NCBI GenBank assembly: GCA_000165345.1
Contig: CM000433.1
Location: forward strand, 864,001 to 928,000
Direction: 5' to 3'
Length of the DNA stretch: 64,000 nt
A program made the position numbers and the translations under genes. Below the pieces are notes generated by a model. It searched no databases, had not been told where the DNA came from, and worked only from the letters and a program-made list of their open reading frames with translations. Shown one piece after another: positions 1-12,712 of this stretch (its first letter is position 1; each line of letters opens with the position of its first letter).

Positions 1-374
1 TGTAATGGTGAATCTCCAAATTCTTCATCACACAAATCTAGATTTGGAGATCTTTTTAATAATAAATTTAAGCACTCAATATCTCCACCATTGTTGATTA
101 AGGTTATTATTGGAGTAAATGAATTGGTTGGATCTCTTATATTTACATCTAGATCTTCACATCTTAAAAGTAGCCTTAAAATATCAAAATCTTGGATTTT
201 ACATGCTAAATGTATTGGAATAACACCTTTTTTTGATTTCTTATTAATATCTTCTAGATTTGAAATTATTAAGTAATCATCATTTTCATCTGAAACATTA
301 TCATCAAAGCCAAGTAACTCTTTTAGATCATCAATATTTGATTTGCTAATATATTTTATACACTTATCCAACAT
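1..374 (-). CDS. Ankyrin-repeat protein, partial (N-terminal part only; the C-terminus lies beyond the window start)
   Basis: Reverse strand reads without stops from the ATG at 374 down to position 1: MLDKCIKYISKSNIDDLKELLGFDDNVSDENDDYLIISNLEDINKKSKKGVIPIHLACKIQDFDILRLLLRCEDLDVNIRDPTNSFTPIITLINNGGDIECLNLLLKRSPNLDLCDEEFGDSPL. The repeated hairpin-helix signature (IPIHLAC...LLL...DVN) is typical of ANK repeats. The ORF track misses it because the stop is outside the window. Confidence 0.5.
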   Translation of the reverse strand, partial: MLDKCIKYISKSNIDDLKELLGFDDNVSDENDDYLIISNLEDINKKSKKGVIPIHLACKIQDFDILRLLLRCEDLDVNIRDPTNSFTPIITLINNGGDIECLNLLLKRSPNLDLCDEEFGDSPL

Positions 375-643
375 TCTATTTTAATACTACCTATGTTTTT
401 TATATTATAATATAATATCTTTTTTTCAATTCAAATCACAAAGAAAAAACTTAGTTTAGCTAATTTATTAATTATACTCAAATTTCCCACATTCTGAGAG
501 GCAAGACAGAACTTATGCATTTATTTATGAAACTTAGAGCAAAAAGCACGAAAACTTGGGAAAAAAGAACAATATTAGCAAACTGAGTATAGAGACTGAG
601 CCAAAGAGATATAGAGAACTTTAGTAGTAAAGAACAAGGGGGG

Positions 644-653
644 GGGGAAACGG
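644..653. repeat. G10 homopolymer
   Basis: caaGGGGGGGGGGaaacgg lies in the 3-prime region of RPS12. The tract is unusual in roughly 78% A+T DNA. Confidence 0.6.
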
Positions 654-802
654 AACTACTCCCACTTTAAATATGAAATGGAGGATTAAAATTCTCAGTA
701 ATCTCTATTCATATGTAAAGAGTAAAAGAAAAAAGTAGTAGTAGTGGCAGTAAAATAGAAAAAAAATGACTCGACTTATCCGAAAATTACATTTGTAACT
801 AT

Positions 803-1234
803 TTAAGAGCGACAGTTCTCAGCAATGTGTTTCTGGAGATAATGGTAAGCCTCTGATTCAACACCATAGTCTACTATAGCTACGGATGCTGCTCCAACAA
901 CCTTACGTGGATTACCTTCTCTATCAACTTTACATAAACCTGCCATTTCTCCTAATTCCTTTGAATCTGGAACCATAATCAAAGGAATTCCTCTTTCACG
1001 GCATAAAGCCTCAACCAATTGTTTATAGCAATCCTCCTCACAAGACTCAGCTAAGAAACATACTTGAGCTTTCTTGGAATCTAAAGCCAAAACAACTTCA
1101 TTTAATCCACGTAATAATCCACCTCTAACAAAAGAATTCTTTAAAACATATCTGATAGCAGTTGTTAAATCATTGACAACTTCTTGTTCAACTTGAACTT
1201 GGGTACCTTCCTGATCAATTTCAACGTCAGACAT
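803..1234 (-). CDS. RPS12: 40S ribosomal protein S12 (eS12, L7Ae-fold)
   Basis: 143-aa single-exon ORF. The central block GLLRGLNEVVLALDSKKAQVCFLAESCEEDCYKQLVEALCRERGIPLIMVPDSKELGEMAGLCKVDREGNPRKVVGAASVAIVDYG aligns along its length with eukaryotic RPS12 (human ...[82 protein letters not shown]). It ends at a TAA stop. Confidence 0.9.
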   Translation of the reverse strand: MSDVEIDQEGTQVQVEQEVVNDLTTAIRYVLKNSFVRGGLLRGLNEVVLALDSKKAQVCFLAESCEEDCYKQLVEALCRERGIPLIMVPDSKELGEMAGLCKVDREGNPRKVVGAASVAIVDYGVESEAYHYLQKHIAENCRS

Positions 1235-1562
1235 CTTTCTTAATTATAATATACTAAAAGTTTACTTTATTTACTATATAAAAGAAGTTAATTCCTTTTT
1301 TTATCACCGCTCCTATCCTCACGGCTTAATTTATATTTTCTAATTTTTAATTGCTAAAAATCACGAAAATATTCTTTTTCTCAAATTTATAAATATAAAT
1401 ATAAATATATATTTATATTTATTTATTCTTTATACTAGTCTTTGCAACTTTAATTGAATTAATTTTTTTTAGTAAAAATATATATTTATTATTATTTTTG
1501 TATAGACGAGACGAGACAATATAATATTTATTTGTTTATTTGATTATTTAATTAACAATAAA

Positions 1563-1594
1563 TGGCGCCACACAGAGCGGCAAATTTCGGCGGG
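1563..1594. promoter_or_regulatory. Bipartite E2F-like element (TGGCGCCA ... TTTCGGCGGG) in the divergent RPS12/dynactin-p25 promoter
   Basis: aaTGGCGCCAcacagagcggcaaaTTTCGGCGGGctcc is read directly. This GC-rich island sits inside roughly 80% A+T intergenic DNA. Confidence 0.5.
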
Positions 1595-1808
1595 CTCCAA
1601 CTTTTTTGAAATATAAAAAAACTATAGAAGTGAAAAAAATAGCAAGTGGCATTTTTAGATTGATTAATTTTCTTTTGTTTAATAAGATTAAAATATAATT
1701 GATATAAGGCATGTTTTTAGTGTGATGAAACTAATATATTGCTTTTGTTAAGTGTTAATAATTTATAAAAAAAAATATAAAGTTTGAAAAAAAAAATTGA
1801 GATATATA

Positions 1809-2910
<1,102 letters not shown>

Positions 2911-3091
2911 GAACTTTTGTAAAAATCTAAAAACTGAAACAATTAATGATAATACTATTTTTCGACTAAAAAGAGTTTAATAACAGTGCAGACAATGAAA
3001 GTAACCCGTAATATTAAAAAAATCCTATAAAATTGTTTAATTCAAATTAACTTGTTTATACATAATTTTCTTTCTTGCAATTGTGTGTGCG

Positions 3092-3136
3092 TGGCGCCAA
3101 TCAGAATTATTTCTATACCGATACCACGTTTGGCGG
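3092..3136. promoter_or_regulatory. Bipartite E2F-like element (TGGCGCCAA ... TTTGGCGGC) upstream of gene 3266
   Basis: gTGGCGCCAAtcagaattatttctataccgataccacgTTTGGCGGCaac. It also contains a TATACCGATACC half of the ATACCGG motif. Confidence 0.5.
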
Positions 3137-3265
3137 CAACAGCTATCAATAAAAAAAAAAAGGAAGAGATTGCTAATATATAGATCAGCTTTTGACACAG
3201 TATAAAGTAAAAGAATATTTGTTTTTCAGATTATAATAATTTTATGTATATTGTTTCTATTCTGA

Positions 3266-3706
3266 ATGAAAATGGGAAGTAATGATTTTAAGACAGGAAA
3301 ACATAAACAAAATAGTCTTTTTAATGAAACAGTCAGAGAAATAAGAAAATTAGTATATCCTCATTTGGATAAGTTTCAACGCCAACAATATGATAATGCT
3401 AGGGCAAAAGTTTTAGGTATAAAACAAAAAAAGTCTCAAAAGATGCCTTTACCAGAATTAATTTCTCGTCAAAAAGCTACCAAGAGACATATTGATAAAA
3501 GAAAGCAATTAGAAGAGGAATTAGATGTTAAATTGCATATTGGTGATAAGGCTAATAGATTTGAAGCAGAAAAGGATATTAAAAATCGTAAGAAAAATAA
3601 AATTGAGAAGAGAAACATGTCTACAAGTTTAAGTGGAAAAGGATTTTCTGAAAAATCGGGAGTTGTTTATGTAGGCAAAAACATTGTTAAGAGAAGAAAA
3701 CATTGA
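3266..3706 (+). CDS. Hypothetical Lys/Arg-rich basic protein, possibly nucleolar or ribosome-biogenesis related
   Basis: 146-aa ORF with an ATG start and a TGA stop. The sequence is highly basic (KRKQLEEELDVKLHIGDKANRFEAEKDIKNRKKNKIEKR ... VGKNIVKRRKH). I recognise no specific family. Confidence 0.45.
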   Translation: MKMGSNDFKTGKHKQNSLFNETVREIRKLVYPHLDKFQRQQYDNARAKVLGIKQKKSQKMPLPELISRQKATKRHIDKRKQLEEELDVKLHIGDKANRFEAEKDIKNRKKNKIEKRNMSTSLSGKGFSEKSGVVYVGKNIVKRRKH

Positions 3707-3829
3707 ATATCAATATAAATAATGAGTAGACATCTCATAGTATTATTATTATTTTTAAATTATATTATATTAGAATAGTATTGCTATTTAAATAATTTTT
3801 ATTTCTATCTTATATACTACTAACTATTA

Positions 3830-5694
3830 TTAATTCATTGAATAATGATTAATTAGTTGAGGAAATACTCTGTTATCTAATGTCTTGACATTATTTAGTT
3901 CCACAAGTATACTTATATGTCTAGAATTATCTATTCTTGGAGTTATTGTAATATAACCCGATACACCTCCAACAACTTTAAGAAGTTGATCGTCAGGAGA
4001 CTTAATATGCAATATTGTCTGCTTCCAATGTGTTGGTTCGTGAAATGGAGAAGTTTCCATATCAACTTTTTTGAATTGAGAATAAAATTCTGCATTGAAT
4101 GAAACAACTAAAGAAGTAAAGAATGAAAATTCATCTGAAAGCTCTATTTTAAAAGGTTGTCTTAAATTTGATAATTCTTGACTTGTAATATCTAAAATAG
4201 GTAAACTTGGAAGATCATATACATTTTTACAACGTAATCTTTCTACTGGAACAATCTCAACATATGGAGTTGATAATAGTACTGATAATTTTGGAGATAT
4301 CTCCGAAAGATCCAAATTATAAAGTCTATTATTATTCCAAGGACTTACTAAACTGTCGATAGAATCAGAATAATCTGCCAGCGAAATTTGTAATCTAACA
4401 GAAGAAGGAAAAATATGACCAGAAAATTTCCCATCATTAATCTTTAAATATCTATTTCTAGCGTCTAATATGGTATATAACATACTTTCATATAATAAAC
4501 AATATCCCATCCATTCTGAAATTATTATATCACATTTAAATGGTACTGAATCTTTTGGAGGTAGATCATTCTTTGAAATTGAAATCACTTTATTTTCTAC
4601 AATAAATAAACTTAAATCTTCAAACTTTCCACATATAAAATGAATTTTATTCCCTAAATTATTAGCTTGAGCAATTTTTTCTGCTATTTTAATGGTATCT
4701 TTTGCAGCATCAACAGCAACTACCATTTTGGCTCCACTTTTTACTGCAAATAAACTAAGAATACCAGTACCAGTACCAACATCTAGTACAATTTTATCTT
4801 TAAATAAATTAATTGAATTATTTGGATCAGTAATAAAGTTATAATAAGCATCTGTTCTGACTTTATCCAAAATCATTTCTCTATGAATATCTAAAGTAGA
4901 ATAAGAGCTAAAGTAAGGAGTATCTTCATTCTTAATTTTATTTTTAATAATAGCATCAATGTCATTCAGTTCTTTATCAAGCTTTGGTTTTAATGTTTCA
5001 GATTCTTTTTCTGATAAATCTAATAGTTTTTTTGAAAGCTCATGTGGAGAAACTGTTATTGAAGTACTCTGCTCAGAAGCAGTAGATATTCTACTACATG
5101 GGGATGGATATGGATCTTTTTTAGAATCAAATTCCAATGACTCTTTATTTTGAAATTCTGATATCAAATCTGCCATAAACTTAATTTTTTGTTTTAATAA
5201 TTTGTTTTCTTCTTCAATAGAAAGTTCGCAAATAACATTTGGATTTCTCTCTTCTTCTTGGATATATTCTTCGTTAAGAGTATCTAATTCTAAAATCAAT
5301 CTATCATCATTCAAAATTGGAGTTAATAGTGAGTCATCGTTCCATATTTTACCATCCTTTTTAATATGTTCATACTCTTTCTTAGGATCTAATCCATTAT
5401 TGGCACATTTCCTTAAGTAATTAATCAATCTAATTTGATCATATTCTTCCTTTCCATCAGTTTCTTTAGAAAAGTCAAATTCATGTTGTATTTTCATATG
5501 ATTCCAAATTTCTTCAGTCAAATTTGAGCTGGAATCACAAAATAAACACTTTGCTTCTGAAAGAGATTCAAATTCTTGTAGATATGAATTATACTCTAAT
5601 AGTTCAACATCATCTTCGCTAATCTGTTCATCATCACTAGTATTAATGTCATTTATAATAATTGAAACTTTCTCTTGATTATATTTTCCTGACA
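3830..5694 (-). CDS. PRMT3: Protein arginine N-methyltransferase 3-like (N-terminal C2H2 zinc finger plus a class I SAM methyltransferase core)
   Basis: Zn-finger AKCLFCDSSSNLTEEIWNHMKIQHEFDF matches the PRMT3 finger CLFCDRLFTSAEETFSHCKLEHQFNI. The methyltransferase motif I reads VLDVGTGTGILSLFAVKSGAKMVVAVD, and the post-I and THW-like regions read CDIIISEWMGYCLLYESMLYTILDARNRYL. The ORF track opens at 5818 but the first 40 residues look non-coding. I place the start at the ATG at 5694 (MSGKYNQEKV...), which is uncertain. Confidence 0.8.
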
Positions 5695-6004
5695 TATTTA
5701 TAAATTTACTGCCAACAATATATAACTTTGAAATAAAAGTAATTGTTCTTTTAAACCAACTTAAATCATATAATATATAATCTAACTTTTTATTTAACGA
5801 GCTTATTTCCAAAAACAATAGATTAATTTATAGTTGTATTAATAGTGTAAATACTGCTTCTATTGCTAATAATACGTTCACAAGTCTAATTATTAATATT
5901 CTACTGTTCTTTTCTCTCCTCGTTCAATTTCTTGTTTTCTTGATTTTTTTCTTCTCTCCACTAAATAATGTCAAAATATTACAATATTTCATCTGCATTT
6001 CCCA

Positions 6005-6033
6005 TTTTGGCGGGCAAATTGGTGCCGCCAAAA
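6005..6033. promoter_or_regulatory. Inverted pair of E2F-like half sites (TTTTGGCGGG N11 CCGCCAAAA) in the divergent PRMT3/BCD1 promoter
   Basis: caTTTTGGCGGGcaaattggtgCCGCCAAAAtatc forms a near-perfect inverted repeat. The short ORF 5968..6159 that covers it is therefore rejected as coding. Confidence 0.55.
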
Positions 6034-6325
6034 TATCAATTTTTGACTGAGCATGAAAAAAAAAAGATGTTGAAATTAGTGAGTATAACGGAAAGAAGAA
6101 AAAAAGGTGAAATTAATGTTAAAGGAATTGATATTTCTGGAAAGAAAAGGTATTTCTGAAGAGGAAGGATTATTTTGGATGAATTGACTAGAAGAAAAGT
6201 TGATTAATTGAAAAGACTAAAAAGAATAATATTATTATTTCTTTTATTGATAAAAAGAAGAAAAAGCTGAATAAAAATTAAATAGAATAAAATATATATA
6301 TATTTATTAGTAAAGAGTATTAAAT

Positions 6326-7177
6326 ATGGAGATTGATGATGCATTATTAGCAGAAAAACGAGATCAAAACAGAAAGTGTGAGAATTGTGATAATGATTAC
6401 AAGTACAAATGTCCAGCATGTAATACGAAATCTTGTAGCTTGGAGTGTATTAATCATCATAAATCTAAAACAGGATGTGATGGGGATGGTATGAAAAAGC
6501 ATATTGGAAGAAATATAGCAATAAGTCAATATAATTGTGATGATATGTGGAGAGATTTCAACTTTTTAGAGGAAATGAGAAGAAGAATATTGAATGCATC
6601 AAGGCATCAAGGAAAAGAGAAACACATTGAGAATCAAATAATACAACAAAATTTTGGGTTAATTAGTAGTTTAAGAGGAAGAATCGGAGAATATAAAGGG
6701 AGGGTTAAAACTAATGAAGAGCAAAAGCTCGTTACAGTAATAAAAGAAACCAGCAAATTACCAAGACATAGTCCAATCCCATTGTTGAAAAAAGCATGTA
6801 GTATTAGAAAGATTAAGATATATTTTTGCCCAATAAATGAGATGGAAATAAGAAAGAATAACACAACTTATTATAATAAGAAAGATGATTTAATATTATG
6901 GAAAATGGAATTTAATATATATCAAGATAATAATCTAATAGAAAAGAAGTATTTGGATAATATTTCAGAAAATGAGATAGTTATAGAAATAATACTAAAA
7001 TTGATAATAAATCTAGATAAGAATAACATTAAACAAGTACTTTTAATGAATAACTTTAAAGATGAAAATAATAAAGCTTTTCAAGAAATAGATTTAAATA
7101 AAAGCTTTAAAGAAAATTTAATAGGCAAAAATATTATAGAATTTCCAAGATTCAAGGTAGAAATACATAAATCATGA
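6326..7177 (+). CDS. Box C/D snoRNP assembly factor BCD1/ZNHIT6-like (zf-HIT protein)
   Basis: N-terminal zf-HIT signature CENCDNDYKYKCPACNTKSCSLECINHHKSKTGC follows the pattern C-x2-C...YKCP-x-C...CSL-x-C...HK, as in BCD1/ZNHIT6. 283 aa with a TGA stop. Confidence 0.65.
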   Translation: MEIDDALLAEKRDQNRKCENCDNDYKYKCPACNTKSCSLECINHHKSKTGCDGDGMKKHIGRNIAISQYNCDDMWRDFNFLEEMRRRILNASRHQGKEKHIENQIIQQNFGLISSLRGRIGEYKGRVKTNEEQKLVTVIKETSKLPRHSPIPLLKKACSIRKIKIYFCPINEMEIRKNNTTYYNKKDDLILWKMEFNIYQDNNLIEKKYLDNISENEIVIEIILKLIINLDKNNIKQVLLMNNFKDENNKAFQEIDLNKSFKENLIGKNIIEFPRFKVEIHKS

Positions 7178-7252
7178 AAATATATTAATTCTAATATAGT
7201 TTTATAAATGATAATAAAGAAAGAAAACATTATTATAGCTTTATCTAAATAA

Positions 7253-7870
7253 TTATAGTTTTTCCATAATCTTCTCATCCAAATTACTGGTACTAGAGTT
7301 TAATAGTACTTTATTATTAGTGGTAAATATTTCAGATGATTCAAGAATTTTTCTATCAATTTCTTTTGCTTGTATTGCACTTAATTCCTCCATAAGATCA
7401 GCTTCATTCATTGAAGGAAGAGATTGATTAATTATTTGAGAAATTTCATCATGAATTGATTGTTGCTCCTTAATTGTATCAGAAATTTTTTCCAATTTAT
7501 CAGTATTTGTGGATGATATTATGGATTGATGAGCCATAGCACTTGCAGATAATGCAGACATTGTCATCTGTTGAGTCTTTGCTGTCTCTAAATTAAGTAA
7601 TTGTTGTTCTAATAATAAACTTGAACTTAATAATTTCTCTCTTTCCTGAGTGACCAATTTTTTTCTTCTTAATACTAACAATGCTGAATTCTTATCTCCT
7701 TGTAATGCTAAATTAGCTGCTTCATTTTCAAGCTTCTTTTCTTTCTCCTCCAAATCAAGCAAAGACCTTTGAATTGCTTGTGATGCTTTTAATGCTTTTT
7801 CATGAGCTGATTCTATTTCAGAAAGGGGATTTGTCTCTTCTTTTTCCTGTTTTCTACGAAACAAAAACAT
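7253..7870 (-). CDS. ESCRT-III subunit, Snf7 family, CHMP6/Vps20-like
   Basis: 205 aa with coiled-coil Snf7 architecture. The N-terminal basic segment MFLFRRKQEKE resembles CHMP6 MGNLFGRKKQ. The C-terminal DLMEELSAIQAKEIDRKIL resembles CHMP6 AILEELSAITQEQIE. Confidence 0.75.
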   Translation of the reverse strand: MFLFRRKQEKEETNPLSEIESAHEKALKASQAIQRSLLDLEEKEKKLENEAANLALQGDKNSALLVLRRKKLVTQEREKLLSSSLLLEQQLLNLETAKTQQMTMSALSASAMAHQSIISSTNTDKLEKISDTIKEQQSIHDEISQIINQSLPSMNEADLMEELSAIQAKEIDRKILESSEIFTTNNKVLLNSSTSNLDEKIMEKL

Positions 7871-8092
7871 TTTATTTCCTACTAATATTAACCAAAATTA
7901 AATCACAATAATAATTCAATTCAATCTTCCCTTCATTCAATAAAAGTGGAAAATACTTGTATATATTTGTGAATATTGTATTTTCCTTTTCCTAATTATA
8001 CTTTATTATTATTATTATTTTTTTAATTTTCCCAATATTCAAAACCCACTTATTCACATATTTTTATATCACTAATATTTATAAAAATTACG

Positions 8093-8126
8093 ATACCGGC
8101 ATTGGCGCCAGAATTAGCCCGCCGGA
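8093..8126. promoter_or_regulatory. ATACCGGCAT + TTGGCGCCA + GCCCGCCGG composite in the divergent CHMP6/CTNNBL1 promoter
   Basis: cgATACCGGCATTGGCGCCAgaattaGCCCGCCGGaatatg. Confidence 0.5.
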
Positions 8127-8410
8127 ATATGTATTTATTTAATGGAATTAATTGTCAAAATTCACACAAAAAAAAGAGGAAATATTAGAAAAGTAATAGA
8201 AAAAATAATCAATATTGGGGCTTAGCTTATATATATATATATATAAATAGATTTAAGTATACATAGTTTTTTTTAAACTTTTGCTTATTGATCTACAAAA
8301 AACTTTTTTTTCATCCTTATTATAAGTTTTAAATTTCCAAGTCAAAATACAATAGATGAGAAAATATTTAATATTTTAAAAAAAGGAGAAAAATAGGAGA
8401 GGAGAAAAAA

Positions 8411-10176
8411 ATGACTCAGGATAAAAGAACTCGAATTAGTGCAGAAATTGAAGATTCTGAAGGTGAAAGTAGTAACCATAAGAAAATAAATATAGAAAAT
8501 GAACAAGAAATAAGTGAAATAGTTCAACTACTAAAAAAGCATATAAGAAATTTTGAAATGGAAAAAGTATACTATATCTTTGAGAAGATTAATCAGAGAG
8601 AGATTTTTTTTAAAGATATTGAAGATTATTTAAATGTAAACTTTTCTAAAGTTATTAATGAGTGTTTGCTAGGCTTAAATATTATTCTTTTACCTGATCA
8701 TGATCAAGTAATTATTAATGGGTTAAAGATCAAAATTCTTAAATTGATTTTAAATATTCTTTTAGATATTTCAGAGTTTCAGGATGAAAGTTCTCAAATC
8801 GGAGAAAATTCAAATATTAATTCTATCAAATTAAAGTTATTATTAGAAAATGATCTTAGATTAAGTTTACTGAAATCTATTAAAAGTATTGAACATATTT
8901 ACTTACAAACTTTAAAAGCTGATAATATATCTAAAAAAGAAGATCAAAATTTTGAAGAATTAATAAGTCACGAAAGTGAATTATTACAAGAATCTGTATT
9001 AGAGACATATTTTCAGCTTTTAGAATCTACTATTGAAATTGATCCAGAGAATGTTTCAAAAGAATTTACTGAATTTGAAGAATTATTTGATTGGTTAATC
9101 CAGATATTAGATGACGAGGAGTCTTCAATAGTTGATGAAATTACATCTTTAAAGATGGAAATATTAAGTATTATATTTCAATATATTAAATTATCACAAG
9201 AAAGTACTATTTGGAAAAAAACAAATAAGAAACAATTTATGGACAAGTTTTTGGTAAAATTAGCCAATCTTGCTTTAAGAGATACAGAAATTGGTGGTAT
9301 TAAGGAAAAAGAGTTTTTACATAATATTATAGATATTATTTGTAATCTCTTATTTGAAGAGGAAATGAGAAAAGAATTTTGTGATTTACAAGGATTGGAA
9401 TTGATGATAAAGTTAATGAAAGAAAAGACATCTATGAGACATTTATCTATTAAAGTGGTATCGTTTGCTATGCTTGATAAGGGAGAAATGAATAATAAAT
9501 TTATTCAAATGTAAGTTATTCTAAAATTGCTAATATTTATTAATAAAATATTCTTTTTTTTATTTAGGTCTGGTTTGAAGCTTATTTTTGGTTTTCTAGC
9601 TCACTCTTCAAAGAATTTGATTAATGATGAAAGTTATATTAAGAATAGACAACAACAAGATACAGATGAACATTTATGTAGTATTGTAAAATCATTATTA
9701 CAATTCTCTACTGGTAAGTTGATTAAAAACAATTATTAGATTTGTAACATTTATATTAATTAAAAAATTACCTTTAAACAGGAAATGATCATAAGATTTT
9801 AATAAGTAAATTAATAGAGGACAATTACTCTAAACTTAAGAATTTTCTAATTCTAAGGAATTACTACTCAAAGAAAATTACACAGGCTTTGGAGAATTCA
9901 CAAGATGATTTACTGGAAGAAGATGAAAATCAAATTGAAATAATTGAAACACTAGCTATTGATGCTGGTCTTTTTATAGTACAGCTTATTGATTTAATAT
10001 TAGTTTATACAATATATTATGAAAAAGGTAACATTCATGATTTTGAAAAGAATGTTTTAAGTAAGAATGGAATAGAGTTAAATGATTTAAAAACAAGTAT
10101 TGAAGATTATTCAAGTTCTTTAAATCAGGATGAAAAGAGTTTTAATGAAAGAATGTTAGCTTATTTAAATCTTTAA
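8411..10176 (+). CDS. CTNNBL1: Beta-catenin-like protein 1 (CTNNBL1, an armadillo-repeat splicing factor associated with the Prp19 complex). Three exons: join(8411..9510,9568..9713,9782..10176).
   Basis: The ORF track gives three fragments (8411..9514, 9527..9739, 9889..10176). They join cleanly through a GTAAGT donor at 9511, acceptor tatttag ending 9567, a GTAAGT donor at 9714 and acceptor aaacag ending 9781, with phases 2 and 1. The spliced protein reads ...KFIQ-M-SGLKLIFGFLAHSSKNL...DEHLCSIVKSLLQFSTG-NDHKILISKL...IDAGLFIVQLIDLILVYTI.... This parallels human CTNNBL1 ...KFVDILGLRTIFPLFMKSPRKIKK...EEHVCSILASLLRNL...LDAGLFVLQHICYIMAEI. Confidence 0.8.
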
Positions 10177-10234
10177 AAAAATCTAAAATATATTATTTTT
10201 ATTTTTATTGCTTTTATTAGAATTAAATTAATTA

Positions 10235-11278
10235 TTAAAACCATATTATATTATTTAGCTTTCTTAAAAGACTTGGCATTTCATCCATAAAATTAAGATC
10301 ATCCCAGTTGATTATTTCATCAAGATTAAATAATCCACTTCCAAAAAAGTCATCACTTTCTTCAGTATCTTGTTCATCATCAGGATCACCAAGATTTCTA
10401 CTTCCTAGAACAGCAGAAATAAGTCTTTTAGCTTCTTCAACATTACCATTCTTATTGTAAAGTCCCATACTTAGATTAATTAATCTGACTAAGGGTACCG
10501 TTGAATTTTGTTCAGTAAATTCAATAATATAATAATCTCCATTGGATGTAATCCATTCAGGATCTTGTATTACATTAAAAATCTGAGTAAAATCTTCTTT
10601 ATTTTGAGCCATATCATTTGTTACACTTTCTTGATTAATTTGATTACTATTTGTATCATTATTAATAGATTTTGATAATCCTTGTTCATTTTTATTTTGA
10701 ACACGACGAACATTATGAGTTTCTGTTATTACTTGAGTAGTACTATTATTACCATTAGTTGTGGTTGTTGTAATAGTAGTAGAATTTGTAACAGTGAATG
10801 TAGTTGAAGTTGTTGTAGTTTTTGAAGTAACTGATGACACAGTTTTAGTACTTTTTGGTGACTTTTTTGGTGCTTTAGGAGGACTTTTTCCTGCAGAAAA
10901 AATCACAATAGAACTTTCATCATTTGTTTGGTTATTATGGTTTACAATACCTTCATTAGCAATACCATTTTCTGAGATAATTGTAAAATTTTGTAAATCA
11001 GAATTATCTTCTAAACCACTATTAATAATTTTCTTAGAGCCATTTTCATCTATCAATAATTTTCTCAAAATTAAATTTGAGCTTTTTGAAAATTCAGAAT
11101 TTTCTGTATTGTTTTTAGGTTGATTTCTTGATAACTTTCTACGTGTTATTTTTAATGAATAAGTGTTATTATTGTTTTTAAAGTTTAAAGTATTTTTTGA
11201 AGTTACAAAACTTAAATTAAGAATATTCAAGACAATGCAAAATACCAAAACCTTGCCAATCAATTTAGTCCTATTCAT
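10235..11278 (-). CDS. Secreted Thr/Asn-rich mucin-like glycoprotein
   Basis: 347 aa. The N-terminal hydrophobic signal is MNRTKLIGKVLVFCIVLNILNLSFVTS. A long Thr-rich stretch (TVSSVTSKTTTTSTTFTVTNSTTITTTTTNG) is typical of O-glycosylated mucin domains. Many N-x-S/T sites are present. The overlapping ORF 10761..11123 (+) is the antisense artefact of the Thr tract. Confidence 0.6.
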   Translation of the reverse strand: MNRTKLIGKVLVFCIVLNILNLSFVTSKNTLNFKNNNNTYSLKITRRKLSRNQPKNNTENSEFSKSSNLILRKLLIDENGSKKIINSGLEDNSDLQNFTIISENGIANEGIVNHNNQTNDESSIVIFSAGKSPPKAPKKSPKSTKTVSSVTSKTTTTSTTFTVTNSTTITTTTTNGNNSTTQVITETHNVRRVQNKNEQGLSKSINNDTNSNQINQESVTNDMAQNKEDFTQIFNVIQDPEWITSNGDYYIIEFTEQNSTVPLVRLINLSMGLYNKNGNVEEAKRLISAVLGSRNLGDPDDEQDTEESDDFFGSGLFNLDEIINWDDLNFMDEMPSLLRKLNNIIWF

Positions 11279-12712
11279 AACTTAATATATTCTTTCAGAA
11301 AAAAAAAAAGAACAGATTTCTTGGTTTCCTTACTTTATAATCTACAATTCAAACTACAATCTAACAATTTTTCAAATTTATTACCTAATAGTTAAATATT
11401 ATACTATTACTATAAAAAATGATATATATTTAAAATTCTTTAATGGTACCAATCGTTTTCGAGGAGTTGAATTTGAAGAACATGATAAATATTATTTTTT
11501 CAATGTTGATTTTTTTTTTTCTCAAAGAAGAAAAACTATTCTCTTTTAGATGAAGAAAATTCGGACTTAATAAATTTTTTAAAAAAATTTGGTTATTAAT
11601 TTTAATTCTAATATAAATGTATTTTTATGACGTGTAAATTTTTAATGCATGCACTGGCAGATTAAATTTAAAAAAAAAATGCATTTTAGCATGCAAAAAA
11701 AAAAAAATTCACATTTATATTGGGAAATTTTGATCAAAAATTTAAATTAATATTAACTTATTTATTTATTTATTTATTATAAAAAATACTTGGAAATTTT
11801 TTATTTCAACAAGAAAATAAAATATTCAAATTATTACTCAAATATTAATTAATTAAACTACGTGTAATTCCCGCCCAAATTTGTCCCTCACCCCACTTGT
11901 TAAAATTGATTATTATTATAAGTAAATAAACAGCAATATAAATAATTAAAGAGGAGTGATTTGTTAAGACTCATTAAGTTTTTGAGATTATTGACAGGGA
12001 ATATTTGTAATGGTTAATGAGGACCTGTATATTTTGGATGAGAGTAATTAAATTTAAATAATATTAAATATTAAAAGTATAATTCAAATAAATTAAAGTG
12101 ATTTTTTAAAGAAATTAATAAGAAAAAAAAAGTTCAAGAAAATAAATATTAATTTTGATAATAATAAAAAAACATTAATAATACAAGGATTTAATTAATT
12201 CATTATTAAATAATTAAATAAAGTTTATAGAATATATATATAAATATATAAATTGTAAACGTAAAAAAAAAAAAAAAAAAAAAAACAGAAAATTGTTAAA
12301 TGAGCAAATTAAACATAAATTGCACACAAAAATAAATTCAAGAGAAAAAAAGTGTTCAAAATTGAGTGATTAAAAATTTTAAATATAAAGATTAATATCA
12401 TTAATACTCGGATGAAAGTAGGTATATAATACATTAATATGTAATTATAATCCCAACGAGAAATAATAATATATTTAAATTTATACAATTTGCAAAAGTA
12501 TGCAGTGATACAAATTTGTGCATTGGAAATTAGGAATAATAATATATTTTCATTTTTTACGGATGAAAATAAGAGTAATTAAATTAATATTATTTAGCAA
12601 TATATGAATGGTTAATTAGATATATTACAAAAACAAAAAAAAAAAAGAAATATACAGGAATTATAAGTAGCAGCAGAAGTGTGGTATATTAAATAAGTAA
12701 ACCAAAGAAAAA

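Noticed and set aside
3917-5420. Small plus-strand ORFs (3917..4102, 4959..5153 and 5202..5420) inside the PRMT3 gene
   Set aside because: They are antisense to a gene with clear methyltransferase motifs. They are S/F-rich low-complexity translations.
5968-6159. 63-aa ORF between PRMT3 and BCD1
   Set aside because: It is centred on the inverted E2F-like site TTTTGGCGGG...CCGCCAAAA. That site is the divergent promoter of the flanking genes, not coding sequence.
10761-11123. 120-aa plus-strand ORF rich in V/F
   Set aside because: It is the antisense translation of the Thr-rich (ACN)n mucin domain of gene 10235..11278.
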